A DNA stretch of 60,939 nt, filler included, from Sphacelaria rigidula (Eukaryota), in NCBI GenBank assembly GCA_964200075.2. It is 5 parts of 5 records of this genome, joined end to end, with 100 filler letters (N's around TTAATTAATTAA, not from the genome) between each part and the next. Parts side by side here need not be neighbours in the genome. Positions count along the whole stretch, not along the records: positions 36,627 to 48,733 come from CAXNAA020004123.1; positions 48,834 to 60,939 come from CAXNAA020004124.1; 3 more parts are not named here. The stretch is one strand, 5' to 3'. Made by a program: the position numbers and the translations under genes. Every line of letters begins with the position of its first letter. Position 1 is the stretch's first letter. Below the pieces are notes generated by a model. The model was given only the letters and a program-made list of their open reading frames with translations, did not search any database and was not told the origin of the DNA. Positions 36,627-49,905 of the stretch are shown one piece after another.

Positions 36627-36910
36627 TGCATGCCATAGTCATGAGACCATTGACCTCGCATCCCTACAAAGCCGGGACGGAGCACGCCGCGTTTTCGCCG
36701 GACCAGGCTTGCGATCAATCACCAAGCGCGAGGCGCCGTGATGCATGTAGTGATTCGTATGAAGGGTGAGCTGTATCCTGCTAAGATTGTTCGGCCCGAG
36801 GTCTACTGATTATCATGCATTTGGATGACAGCTTCCAATGAGTTTCTTCATTTTCTAGCATCGCCACTTCCAGAGACAGCCACGGCCTATACACTTCCTC
36901 ATGGGTGTCT
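36627..36910 (-). mobile_element. 3' part of the second retroelement family
   Basis: Reverse-complement match to 31960-32265. Confidence 0.65.
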
Positions 36911-36930
36911 CACCATCTACCATCTAGGGG

Positions 36931-39430
36931 AAGGGGGTACTTATTTGTTGCTCGCCTTAGTCTTTTGGCCATTGGTCACGCATCTCTTTCGAGAGGGAGC
37001 ACCTTTCCTATTCCTAGTACAGGCACCTCCCACATTCAGGAACTCGTTACGTTTCTTCCACATATTACACATAAACCTTTTACACATATTTTCCCCGTCC
37101 TGTCTCGCCGTCTGTGGCCACCATGTATCTCCTATTGTAGTCGCTTTCTCGCTACTGTCTAATGAATTGAAACACTTCATGCCGCCTTCGTTGGCTTTCG
37201 GCATTTCCCCTCGAACATGTCCCGTTCCTCCTTGTATACTTCACACTCTGCCACTACATGAGTCCTGACCTCTGTTGCTTTGCCACAGGGGCAAATTTTG
37301 TACATGTACTTGCTCTCCCACTCGACCACTGGTACACCTCTTCCTTCTTTCTGGCAAGTCCAGGTCCACCACCCGGAATCGCTGTTTCAGTTTTTTCGTG
37401 GGGTCCATGGGGTCATGCAGATATGTTTTCATTCCTATCCCCTCTCTCAACCCGCCGTATATCTTCAGGTGCTCTTCCTAGTGTACTTTTCGTCTTAGCG
37501 TTTCTTTTTGCCTTATTTCTGTAATGTCTCTTGCTTCTGTCTTTAACCGCCCCGCATTCACCTATGAACATTATCTCGTCTTGGTTTCCTCTTATCTCCT
37601 TCCATCCTTTATGGCTACTCTGTCCCACCTTATTCCAGCCTACCCCTTCGTCATTTTCTTCCATACAGCACTATCAAGTATAGTTGGTAATCTCCTTCTC
37701 TGCATGTTCTCCACGCTATATTGCGATTTCAATTTTCTCATGTCTCTGTTTGTTTCAAGTGGATACATTCCCAATTCTGCTCTCAATGTTGTTTTGCTCG
37801 TCGTTTTTGAGCATTCAAGTATTTTCTCAGCTTCTGCCATCTGTAATGTTTCCAACCTCTTTACCAACTTCGCGTTCCCCTCTCATACTTCTCCTGCGTA
37901 TCCCAGCTTTGGCACGATCGCGCTCATCAGGATAAATATCTTAATCCTATTATTTAGGTGCGAGTCTCTAAGGATCACGTCCGTCTCGTCTATCTGTGCC
38001 TTACCCTTCTCTTATACTTTGTTTATGTGAGCATCCCAAGGCTAGCTTTTTTAGATCTCTACACCAAGGTATTTATACGATCGACAATTCCTCTTCTCTC
38101 CATTTCCATCTGACCCCTATCGGGTTCCCGTTATCTTCGTCACATACGAGTACCGCACATTTATTTACGTTCGCTGTAACTCTCCATTTCCTTGTGTATT
38201 ATATTGCCTTCTCTATATGCTTTTGCAATCCTTCTGCTGTTCCTGGGATCCCCACAAAATCATCCGCGAACATCAATCCTGATACCATATCTTCCCCCAG
38301 CTTGACTCCTTGCTTTCCTGCTTTTATTGCTCTCATTAGATCATCAATAAATACCCTGAATACAATGGGTGATACCGTACATCCTTGTGCCGTTCCTTGT
38401 AAATTATCGAGATATTTCGATACTTTCCCGTCTAGTATCATATCACTTTCCGCACATTCCGTCATCTTCACAATTCTCTACATCTTTCCCCTTTTGCCAG
38501 TTTCCTACATCTTTTTCCACAGCCTGTTTCTCCATACCGTGTCACAGACCTTTCGTATGCCCAGAAAGAAACAGTACGTTGGCAGTCCGGCGTCTTTCCT
38601 ACCTCGAACAATCTTGCCTGATGTGTTCGAATGGTCTACGCAACTACGTTCGGTCTAAACTCTGCTTGCCCCTCGCTGATTGTTTCTTCTTTTTCTAGCA
38701 TCGTTCTCACTCCATCTTTCAGAATCTCACAGAACGCTTTCGCCACGGTGCTCAGTAGCGTTATCCCTCGATACTTCCCTGGGTCAGCCTTGTCTCCTTT
38801 GTTGAAGAGGTTTTACTAGTGCCTCTTTTCTCCACCTCTTGGGCGTGTGTAGACTCGACTCGTTTTCCCATTTCCAATTATACAGCATAACTATCATGGT
38901 AATCATTCCCTTTGTCCCGTACATTAGAAACTCATCCACTCTTTTTGTCTGCCCCTGCTGCCTTTCTGTTCTGGAGCTTCACTACACATCCCTTCACTTC
39001 CTCTCCAGTGCAACTCATCTATAATTCTGTGGAGGTACCATCTTTCCGTTTTGGATGCCCCTAGATTCGCGTCTGCCCACGCGTTGATTTCTTTTTCGGA
39101 TTCCGTGTCGAACTTTGTGTTAGTTTCTGGGATGCCCCGTATTCTGTAGTGCTCTGCTAGTACTCCTCCTTTCCCCCGCGAACAACTAACCAATTTACCG
39201 TTCTGTGCTCTCAGGGTAGCTATCCCCTTGTCCGTTTCTCCTCCCAGTTTCCCCATTATTCCTTTTGTCCCTACTCACATTCACTTCATCCCGCCATCGG
39301 AATGTCCATTTGTTTTCTTCACTAGATCTTTCCATATTCGCCTCTTTTTCTTATCTACCGTATCTTTTCCCTCCTTTCTACCTTTAGTGTATTCCTCCCA
39401 TCCTACCGTAGTTTCCCTCGATGTATATAT
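36931..39430 (-). mobile_element. Decayed LINE (RT + C-terminus)
   Basis: QGTAQGCTVSP, GLMFADDFVG, LRAELGMYPLET and RFRVVDLDLPERRKR, with many stops and frameshifts. Confidence 0.9.
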
Positions 39431-39794
39431 TGTGTGGGAAGTAGATATATAGGGTCGCTACTCCACCAATGCTCCCGAGTAGACCTTCACTGCCGGAAAC
39501 TTGGCCAACGGTTCCCCCACACTTTGTACCTTTCTATTCTTTAAGATCTAAGAAGTCTACGTACCGCTTGTTGCTCCTTCGCGCTGGTCATGTGGTCGGC
39601 CATTGGTAAGGTGTTTATTTCATGGGCGCAGTAGGTCTTGGCGTCTATACCGTGCATTATCCGTCCCTTTCCTTCATTTGACGCCTGTGCACCTATTGTT
39701 TGGAGTTTCAGGAAAATACTGACAACATCTCCACCGCCCAATGGAAACGGGTTACATTTTCCGGGTATCTCATCACGATACGGGGTAAGAGAAC

Positions 39795-40270
39795 TGTATT
39801 TCTTCGCTATTTCATGTCTATATCGAGACTGTGTTATGGTTAATGCAAAAAAGACGCTTAGCTTTGCGATTTCGTGTCTCCGTCCGAGCTGTGCTCTGGT
39901 AGGTTAGAGAAAGTGGTTAGCTTCGTCATGTCATGTGTATGTCAGGGCTGTGTTATGGCAGGTTAAAGAAAAAGGATGGCTAGCTTATCTATTTCATATC
40001 TATGTCCGGGCTGTGTTATGGTAGGTTAAAGAAAAAGGGGTTAGCTTCTCTATTTCATGTCTGTGTCCGGGCCGTGTTGTGGTAGGTTAAGGAAAAGGGT
40101 GGTTGGCCTCTTTATTTTATGTCTATGACCGGGCTGTTTTCTGGTACGTCGAAGGAACAAGTGATTACCTTTATTATTTCATGTCTATGTCCAAGCTTTG
40201 TTATGGTAGGTGAAAGAAAAGGATGGCTAGCTTCGTCATTTTATGTCTATGTCCCGGCTACGTTTTGGTA
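39795..40270. repeat. Minisatellite, ~58-60-nt unit, ~8 copies
   Basis: Unit approximately GCTAGCTTCTCTATTTCATGTCTATGTCCGGGCTGTGTTATGGTAGGTTAAAGAAAAAGGATG. One further partial unit lies near 40460. Confidence 0.85.
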
Positions 40271-40724
40271 GCGGGAGAAAACAAAAACAAGCAGGAACAA
40301 AAAATAGTAGAGAAAAGAGGAGAAATAAAAAGGAAAACGAAAAAAACAACAAAGGAAAACAAATAATAATAAGGGAAAGGTAGGGGTAATAATTAGAAAA
40401 ACTGGAACGAAAATTACAAAGAAAACCAGAGAACAAAACAAGAAAAAAAAACTGGCAGATTTTGCTATCTCATGTCTATATTCAGTTTGTGTTTTATTGT
40501 GGGGACACAAAATTGATTCTTCGGGTTGTTGAATGTTAAGTGTGTCTGTTGATCCGACGAATTCTTGGGTCTAGTGGCGGTCTCTGGTACATGGACGGTG
40601 ACAGTCAATACTTCTTTGTCTAGGTTCTGGTGGCTTGTTTTACAGCGCCGTTACTACTCGACGCCAACCCAAGAGTCTAGAGGTGGGGGGGGGCGGGGAA
40701 AGGAGGACAAGGTCACTATTGCCA

Positions 40725-41390
40725 TGAGTTCAACTTCGAGGGTCAAGTTGAATATTCAAGACTCAGCGTCGATTTTGAACCTCCAAATCAAATTCAAACG
40801 TTTACGTTGAAAGCTGCAGGGGTTTTGAACCCGAAATTTGACGAATCATCTCAAATGCGACGTCGAAGTTGAACGTTCAGTCTGGACATCACTTTTTGAC
40901 GTCAAAATCTCAAGCCAAACCTTCAAGTTGGAAACAGGATCTTCCGGTGAACCTAGGACTGCTCAACTGAGCCCGAATCTGAAAGTCGAACCTGCGAGTA
41001 AATCAAACATTCTATTGAGATTTCAACTTGAACCTCGCATTCAACTCCGAAGGTTCAAGTTAAATCTCTACATTCACATTTAAACTTAAAGTTGAGGATT
41101 CAAAGAGGTTCAACTTCAACTTTCACTTCGACCTACGAGATGAATGCAACCTTAGTTGAAGAATTGACTTGGAGCAATAACATGATCCATTTGAGAGTTT
41201 CGTTTGAAGTTTTATTATTGAAGGGTCAATACTTCAGCCTCAATCTTCATTTTTCAACTTGAAACTTCAACGTCACAGTTAAGAGCTTGATCTTCGACTC
41301 GAGTGCTCACCTTGACATTCAACCTTAAGTTAACAGTGTACAGCTTTAAAGTCGCGTATTTTCCTTGGAAGTTGAACCTTCAACCTCCAA
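40725..41390. repeat. Segment saturated with TTCAAC/GTTGAA/TCAAGTTGA motifs
   Basis: Many short motifs in both orientations and no ORF of note. Confidence 0.6.
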
Positions 41391-41449
41391 CGCGATAATA
41401 GAGGCTACTCGTAGGTGAGAGGGGGTGATGGGCGGGGGTGATTTTTCTT

Positions 41450-42700
41450 ATCCAACGCGACGCCGTTGGGCGCTCTTGGAGCTTTCCTTTCCGGTGGAGG
41501 AATCTTCTGACATTTCGCGATGCAGAGCTGTATCTGAAAGATATAGAGCACTTATCGCCCGATACTTGTTTCTGCCCTTCCGTAAGGTTGGAAGCCCAGC
41601 AGGTACAGTCGCCTGCACTGGATGCGCTACGTCTGTGCTGAGTGTGTTGCTACGGAAGGGAGTTCCAGCAGTGTTGCACAACCAGCGCAAATGATCTCAG
41701 ATCTCCTGCTCAAACCGAAAAGTATCATCTACCCCGCCATACAGCTCACGAGTTCGCAAGCAAGACACACTGGCTATGATTCGCTTGTCATGCAGCCACT
41801 TACTAATTTTCCGTCATGATACCGCACCTTGTTCCATGCCCACCGCCAGAATCTCCCTCCCGCGTTTGCCATCCTGGTTGGTCCCAGGCACGGAATGAAG
41901 TACGACACCAGAGCGTGTACGAGCAATACAGCGCAGGCCTGGAACGTGAACCATCGAATTTGCTCCTGGAGGAAAACCTGCGCCCGACGAGTTGCACATG
42001 TGCGCCGCCGACGGCGAGCGGAAAGAACGCGATCGAGGTGACCCGCGTCTCGACGTATTTGACGTAAGTGCGTGAAACGTGAGCTATCGAATCTTTTTCT
42101 TGGAACAAAAAGCGTGTTCCCCATGTTCAAGAACGCAGCTCTCCAAAGTGTGTTGTCAACGCTCCATAGCATGTATGGCTTGCTGTATGAGGTCGGGGCA
42201 CAACCACACCAGCAACGTGGATGACATCACTAGAATATTGGAAATATAATGCGTGTCTGGAGATTGTGAGGAAATGCAGCGGGAGATGCCCCGGAACTAG
42301 TACCGCAGACCCCAGACTACGTCTAGAGTCAGTCAGGACTACCTTAGGCAGTGGCTCGCCCGCCCTGCTACCCTTTTCAAGACTCTATTCTCAGCATGAT
42401 CCGTTGTCCTGGTGCTTGCCTTGCCCCCAAGCCGCACCTTCCGACACCATGTTTTGTCTCTATTCCTGACACAGTGCCTCTGTTCGGTGGTCTAATAGTC
42501 ACCACCACCAGCCTTTTGCGATCACCTGCGGGCTTGTCCTCGAATATTCGTAATGAGTTATGAGTCTCGACTTTCAGCGCGGCACATCTCTCGGGAGTCT
42601 GTGTCGGGGACACTCGGCATTTGGAGCAGCAGCAGTCAGGACCAAACATGCATTTCTGTACGAGAACTAGACGAACATGAGGAAAAACCTGAGGCGGGAC
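41450..42700 (-). pseudogene. Possible hAT-like transposase relic (partial second copy at ~47215-47610)
   Basis: The nucleotide duplication 42150-42550 vs 47215-47610 is clear. The motifs are weak but in the expected order (HVWS..CSKC, VDN...NM, DAGHL, PTRM, TPFRSNT). Confidence 0.3.
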
Positions 42701-43263
42701 TAAAGCAGTGTTTGTCTAGCATTCCAGCAGGGCGGTTACGTCCTGGACGAAGTAGGGTGCGTGATATCGAAGAGGGCGGCACTGTAGCAGTGTGCGCCTA
42801 TCACTGCAGCAGTGCACTTGCGGGCTGGACGGTAATGGGTTCGTGTTCGTGAGGAGAGGGGCACTTCAGCCGTACTGCCGTACAACTGCCGGGTGAAAGT
42901 GACACGGCAGCCGCGGAATTTGTAGGGAAGATTTTGCTGTATAAGGGGGACGAAGCGGAGGAGACTTGCGTTTTAATGAGGGAGGTCGAAAATCCGCCGA
43001 CGTCGGGAGCCTCTGGGGAGTTATGAACCAAGGAATTCCATGATATAGAACATCGTGCGCGAGATCGCCCATGGGAACACTCCTGCTGTTGTCTTCAAGA
43101 GAATAGCAGATCTATCGGGAGAGGTGACCCCTGGCAGTCATTCACTAGGATGGGGCCTGCCGCAGATGGAAGCGATCTCTGATGCATCGATTCCAGAGCC
43201 TGCGGGTTCAGTGGGATTTGTTGATGCCTTCGTGGTATCGTGCACGGCTTGGCCTTGCATCAC

Positions 43264-43786
43264 CGTAAAACAACCATAATGGATATGGGTATCCATCTGG
43301 GATGTCGATCATGGATAGGGACGTCTAACATCTATCTGGGATATCCACATCCATGATGGATGTGCATCGGGGTAACCATTTTTTGGGTTAGTGTTAGTGG
43401 TACAGTCAGTGTTACTGTGAACCTTGTAGTTGGAGTTAAGTATTGGGTTAGGCTTAGGGTTAGGATTAGGTTTAGGTTTAGGGGTAGGGGTAGGGTCAGG
43501 GTCAGGGTCAGGGTTAGGGTCAGGGTTAGGGTTGTCCATCACATTTATCCCGGATGAATATCCACAACCATGATGGATGACTGTGATGGATGTTCATAGT
43601 TTAAATGGATAACTATCAATGGTATGGATGTCATTTATATTCATCATTGACATACAGGATGAACATCACTGATGAACAGCCACACCCATCACGGATATCC
43701 CGAGTGGATACGGATATATCACATGGACATCACGTCTATGTTGGACATCCCATTTGGAATATCCATATCCATGTGGATATTACACG
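43264..43786. mobile_element. MITE-like element with ATGGAT/ATCCAT repeats and a central TTAGGG-like tract
   Basis: The ends are imperfect inverted repeats (CG...ATGGATATGG / CCATATCCAT...CG). About 15 TTAGGG/TCAGGG/TTAGGT-type units lie at 43445-43533. Confidence 0.6.
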
Positions 43787-44269
43787 ACAATTCAAGCCTC
43801 CCGCACACGGTAGGTACGAGCAGCGTTTGCTTAGGTCTCTCACATACGTGCAGGACGCAGACATTCTCGCCTGAGAGGGGTAAGAGGCAGTTTCGAAGTG
43901 GCGTCGTGAAACTCGTTGCGTATTTTATCGTTCGACGGTTTTTTGTGTTCATGCCATGTTCTTCTGTATCCCGTCAGTCAGTTGTGCACAGTATGCTACT
44001 CTGACCTTTTCGGGTGTTGACTGTTTGCTTTTACGCAGAGTGCAACTTGGTGAAACGTGCACAACAGTTTCAACACACATTTTCCACACAGATGTACTGT
44101 TCGGCTGGCGTTATGTGTGCCTGAAAATATTAGCGGTTGCGTGATGGGGTTTTGGTTAGAGTAGGCCCTGGCAAGCAGCATATGCATGGGTAAATGTCGA
44201 TGCCGTGGGTTGTGCCCATGGGTTTGTAAAGTGGGTACAATGACCGCAGCCTTTTGTTTCCATTTTATT

Positions 44270-44504
44270 TTTCACTCCAACGGAGCGACCATGTCGTGGG
44301 TACACAAAATTCGACTAGGAAAGGGATTGCTGAACCCCTCTCGCGATAAAAAATGAAAAGGCAGGCACCGCAGAAGGAAGGTGGAGCGCTAAAAACAAAC
44401 AAAAAGAAACAACTCCTGTGTGGACCTTCCTCCTGTGTGACCCCGGCTGGTGCTCCCACATATACTGAAAGGTATAGACCGGCGCCCAGAATAGATGGGA
44501 CGGC

Positions 44505-44543
<39 letters not shown>
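44270..44543 (+). mobile_element. tRNA-derived SINE, body and (CA)n tail
   Basis: The 5' part matches 6710-6826. The 3' end GCCCAGAATAGATGGGACGGCAAAA(CA)n matches both ends of contig 2. Confidence 0.75.
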
Positions 44544-44544
<1 letters not shown>

Positions 44545-44577
44545 AACGATCTCCATCTTTCCACCCGGACTCAGCGA

Positions 44578-44995
44578 GGGGAGGGGGGATGTACTCATGA
44601 TCTTCCAAGACTATTGACCTCGCATCCCTACAAAGCCGGGGCGGAGCACGCCGGGTTTTCGTCGGGCCAGGCTTTCCATTAATCACCAAGCGCGAAGCAC
44701 CGTGGCCATCGAAACGGGAGTGTGTGTGTGTGGGGGGGGTGTACTCATCTCTTGCTTGTCTCAGTCGTTTGACCCTTGACCACGCACCCCTTTCGAGACG
44801 AAGCACCGTTCCTATCCCTAATAGAGACACCTCCGACATTTGAGCGCTCATTAGGTTTCTCCCATACATTAAACACAAAGTCTCTGACATCTCTCATCTC
44901 CTTCCTGATTCACCGTCCGTGGTCACCACCTATGTCCTAGTATACCGATCGTTTTCTCGCTACTGTCTAATGTATCAAACGACCACATGCCACCT
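44578..44995 (-). mobile_element. Tandem 3' fragments of both retroelement families
   Basis: 44730-44995 is a LINE 3' end and 44585-44705 is a second-family 3' end. Each terminates in ATGAGTACA-C-rich sequence on the minus strand. Confidence 0.7.
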
Positions 44996-47816
44996 AGGGG
45001 AGGATGGAGGAAGTGAGTCTGCTTTCCCATTTGCTATACCGTTTTTGCGCTGTGTTTGTGTACTCTATTGCCGTCATAAAACGCAGGTGGGAGAGCTCTG
45101 AGTCGCAGTCTTCCACAGCTGGGTCTGGAACTTGGTGGTCCATTCAGTTGGCTCAGAGTGCGGGCAAGGTTCCAACAGCAGCCGTACCTCAAGAGACAAG
45201 TGCATGCCTGATGTTCCGAGCTTGTGAACATGTTACTACGTGCGTGAATGGGTTTTGAGGGATGCGATAGAGATTGTGGTCGTGTTCGTAATCCGTCTTT
45301 CTCTTCCCTAACCCTGCGTTCAGTGACAGGATCACGTACGCGTATTTACGGTGTAGCTATGGACAAAAGGGTGGAGGAGTGATGCTGGCTACTCCAGGCG
45401 GCCTTGACGCCTTGCGAGGAATGCGTGGGTAGAACGACCAATTTAGGGATTTTTGGTCACCGGGGAAATTCGACACTTCATTCTGGGGTACGTATGTTCT
45501 CTCTGATACGTTTTTCTCCGAATATACTGGTGTGAGGGTGAGTTTCTGCCCAAGACTGCATCCTATTTCGTGATATATTTCGCGTGTGCTCGTGGCAAAT
45601 TTACATAACTGGTCACTTGTAGTCTGTAGTACGAGGTGAATCCAAGTTCGATCGATAGCGTGAGATTTTCTCGAAACAGCAGTTTCGCTCAGTTTTGAAG
45701 GCCTTGCAGGCGGTAGATTAGACTGATTTGGGATTTATAAACACAGCTGGTTCGATTGTCTTGTGAGACGTAGATTCGACCTGTTTTGAATACCATGTAG
45801 CTGATTTTGTGTTCCTTGTCTTATGATGAATTTGATCTGTTGCTTGGATGCTTCCGGTGAGTGGTCTCAAGGACTTCGGAGGTGACCATTGCGGGATAAT
45901 ATCCAGATTTTGACTCGCTGGGCTATTTCAGCGTCTGGGCACGGGGAGGGCGAGCACTTCGTTATATCAGCTATGGGTTTGGGGTTTGTCACTGTTGTAT
46001 TTCACCTGACGTATTCGGAGACTTTGATAGATTGATCGATTATCGCACATCAACTGACCCCAAGCTATCCACCCGTGGCCATCATACACAGGATAGACGT
46101 ACTCAAGGGGAACAAAAAGGAAACCTCGGTAAATAAAAGCGAAAGTGGGAGGAACAATCAGGGGGGGAAATTAACAAGAAGCAGAGGAAGGGAAGGGAAG
46201 GGAAGGGAAGGGAGAAGAACACGAAAAAACGGTGCCACTGTAATACAACAAAATAAAAATAAAAATGATCGACCCCTGTAGCATGGTCTCATGTGAAAAG
46301 GCCGTGCGTAAACAACACAAACATACGCCTACACCTATATGGAATGCAATATTCGCCCGAATCGGTGAACGCGAGCGTACTTTTCGAGCAATGAATATCA
46401 AGTACAGTAGGCCAAACTTGACTTTTATCATGAAGGCCTTGGAGTGGTTTCATAGTCGGTTTTGAACTTGATTCGTTTTGACTATTCGGATCAGAATCCC
46501 ATGGTTTGGCTCCGTGGTGCACGGTGTAAGACGCCAAGCTGCGCTACTGAATGGCGGTAATATTTTCAACTCCGCAGTTTTCCTGTTGTCGCAGGGCTGA
46601 AGGTTCGGTGTTAAGGTGTAACAATGTCTTGGGAACATGCTGGCCATTTCGCGCGGAATCGGTGTAGTAGGAGTTCCCTATTTGATCGCACACCATAGGC
46701 GAGGAATATCCAAGTTCTTTCCCTGGCTAAGAGGTGAGGTCGATGTAATAATTCGGAAGCGCACGCTAGTCCTAAGCAGACGTGTACGCGTAGGGCGTGA
46801 TGAAGATCAGCAATATTATTTTATGCGCCCGGGGTCCCTCCTTTTGCACAGTAAGTCGTACGATGGTTGTTTAACATTTGGGATTCGCTGCATCTCACTT
46901 GGTTATACAATAGCGAGTGGAAAATCATAGTCTATGGGGCTGGTTGGACGTGCAGGTTGTTTTCCCCTCATTGGTAGTTTTCTGGTGGAATGAGTAGCAG
47001 CTATGCTTTTAATGTATATAACCTCGGAAGGATGCTACTGATGAAAAGAGAACTTTTTGTTGTACGTTCAGGAGAGCCTTTAATGTGCACTTGAAGTGTT
47101 CGCTGCCCCAGCGAGGAGTACGTTGTGTATGATTGGAAGCGTTTCGGGAGGATTACTTTTGTTCTGGCCGTTCGACCCGTCTTGAGGGTAAGTGTAAAAT
47201 AGGGGTCAACAAAAAATGTTGTTGACGCTCTGCATGGCTTGCTCCGTGAGATCAGGGGCCGACCACAACAGCAACTTTCGATAGCATCAGCACAACATTA
47301 GAAATAGAGTGTGCCTGGAGATTGTCGGGAAATGCAACGGGAGATACGGCAGAATCACTACCGCAGACCGCAGGTCATGTCTCGGGGCTGTCAGGACTAT
47401 CTGCGGTGGTTACTTACCCTGCTACTCTATTTCAGGCTCTATTCTCGGCACGCTGCGTTGTTCTGGTGCTTGCCTTGCCCTCAGGTGGCACCTCCCGACA
47501 TAATGGTTTTGCCTACATTCCTGAAATAGCATGTCTGTTCGATTGTCTAACAGCTACCAGGGCCAGTCTTTCCGATCACCTGCGGGCGTGTCGTCGAACG
47601 TTCGTATTACCCGACGAGCGGTACAACAATGGCAAATATGAGCGACCCAAAGTGGATGGAACAGAGGGTGATCAAAATGTGTCCGTGGTTTGAGCAGTCG
47701 ACAGAGGTGCAGCTGTTTTTTCCTGTGAGTTGTGTCTCTCGGCATTTTCCGTGGCAGCTGCGGTCGTACGCAAGATACTTGCTCGCGTTGGGCGGAAACA
47801 TTCTTTGTATACATTA

Positions 47817-48078
47817 GACGCTTTCTACGATAGCGGCCCCACAAAAAAACCAGCCCAAAAATGTCACGAAAAAAATGGTTATACAGCGCCTGATGTTTGG
47901 GTTCAGGCTGCATGAAGCGCCTCATATGGGCGACATCGGCGAGAACGAACCCAAGCGTGGAGATTCCCAGTTTGTCGGTGCGCTCGGCCTTTTCCATGTT
48001 AATATACGTGAAAATATTGTCTCCCCAAACCAGGCATTTTGTTTTTCGAGGGGGGGGGGGGCTATCGTAGAAAGTGCC
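47817..48078. mobile_element. MITE, GACACTTTCTACGATAGCC family
   Basis: TIRs GACGCTTTCTACGATAGC / GCTATCGTAGAAAGTGCC; flanks ATTA/AATA. Confidence 0.8.
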
Positions 48079-48733
48079 AATAGTGGACACGTGCTCTTGA
48101 TGATGACTTAACTCGCCTTCGTCCACGTTACCATGGCTATCCTGTCCGCCATCACCAAGCTCAGCCCACTGATCAACCACTCCGGCTGCAGCATGCACCC
48201 AAGCCCCGTGATGATATATTTCGTCCGTGACAAGGGCGACAACGAAGAAGTATCACACTGTTACGAACATACTGCAACCGATCGATAGTGGTCATAAGTG
48301 AAGACGAATCACAAACAGGGGAAGGTACATTGCACTATGCGCTCCGGGTTGGAAGATGAACTCGGGAAAAAAAAGGAATCCTCTAGCGCTCTAACGGGGC
48401 GGATGTCATTCGTGAGCTTTCCGTTTCAAAACTCTAAGCTCAGAGTTGATGCGAGGCCATCATGAACAAGAAAATATGGATATAATTACAGCAGAGCCAA
48501 ACACAGCATGATGATAGCAACACCAAATGGTTGTCGTGGGATTCCCCGGTGACCTGGTTTTCCTCCGACGCAGAGGGGTAGTGAATAAAGAGGTTCGCCG
48601 CGCGAACTTGCAGGAACAAAGATTTGAGGTGCACAAGACACGGTGCTACGCCCCGGAGATCGATTGATTGGTTGTCGCAAATCAACTGTTGTTGCTGAGT
48701 CATGCTTCGATGGTGATGGGAGTGAGGGGGAGG

Positions 48734-48833
48734 NNNNNNNNNNNNNNNNNNNNNNNNNNNNNNNNNNNNNNNNNNNNTTAATTAATTAANNNNNNNNNNN
48801 NNNNNNNNNNNNNNNNNNNNNNNNNNNNNNNNN
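48734..48833. other. Artificial contig linker
   Basis: N44-TTAATTAATTAA-N44. Confidence 0.98.
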
Positions 48834-49719
48834 TCCTTGCACTCTGTGACCACGGGTTTGAGAGATCGAGCTAATGTGATGGATATAATAGTAATAATAA
48901 TAATCAACAGTCGCGGTCGAACAGTTACCATGTCATCTCGGAAGCCCCAAGGGCTCACCGACACACCAGCGGGGAAATCCATCAAACGGAACGCATCGCA
49001 ACGTCAAAACACCATACCACATCACAATAAGCAGGCAATACCCGCAACGTGATGGATATATATTTGAGAAGCAGAACATGTAATGTACACAATCGACGAA
49101 CAACTAACAGTAGGGACCGTGGAAAGCAGTGTAAAACATGATTTTCAAGTTGAGAAACGACCCGAAAAGTATGTTCGGGAAAGACATGATGAAAAGTGGC
49201 ATCGGAAACTTCGGGGCTCATGATGAAAAGTGTTGTGACAAGAACACAGCCAACAGATATGTTCGAGAGAGTGGTCAAGAATGGTATCGGAAACTTTGCG
49301 CCTGCTACAGATCGGAAAAAAAGGATTAAGAAGAGACGACGATGATTCGCGCGCGAATCGGTAATGATAGCATTAGTGACATCGGAAACTTCGCCGGTGA
49401 TAATTGCGTGCCATGATAGCACAGACGTTCTGTTCTGTACACCGGGGGAGTTCGCGACTCATGCTCGCCGTCATGTAAAAGCAAGTGAAAAAAGTACACC
49501 TGCCTCACAGCTTCTGGCAACGATTCTGACAGAAAACATACAAAACGGCGGAGCGATTGAAAGACCTGTAGGGGTCTACCGCCACGCCGAGGAAAAAAAG
49601 GCGGAGTACACCATGCACAACACTGCCGGGGAAGCGATGCTCCCGAATCCTCCTGAAGGGGACTCATGTAATGCTGCCTTGAAATGTAGTGCTGCTTTGT
49701 CAGAGCTCGAAAGAACGAA

Positions 49720-49905
49720 ATGACCCCGTTTCGCTATCCTCTAAAATCAAGTAAGAGCAAATGCTCGCCTCTCTGAGCTTCTGGGAACGACGGGATGACC
49801 TCGTTTCGCCGTACTCTAAAATCAAGTAAGAGCAAATGCTGGCCTCTCAGAGCTTCTGGAAACGATGGAATGACTCCGTTTCGCCGTAGTCTAAAATCAA
49901 GTGAA
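49720..49905. repeat. Tandem repeat, ~75-nt unit, ~2.4 copies
   Basis: CTAAAATCAAGT(A/G)A recurs at 49741, 49816 and 49891, with conserved intervening sequence. Confidence 0.8.

Noticed and set aside
39795..40270. Regular repeats resembling a CRISPR array
   Set aside because: The units are contiguous with no unique spacers, there are no cas genes, and the context is eukaryotic. The same applies to 49720-49905.
45087..45200. Possible exon WESSESQSSTAGSGTWWSIQL (discoidin-like)
   Set aside because: It is isolated, the donor is ambiguous, and I found no supporting exons.
45300..47200. Possible Penelope GIY-YIG or LINE relic (CVYKSQISLIYRL)
   Set aside because: Too degenerate to distinguish from chance.
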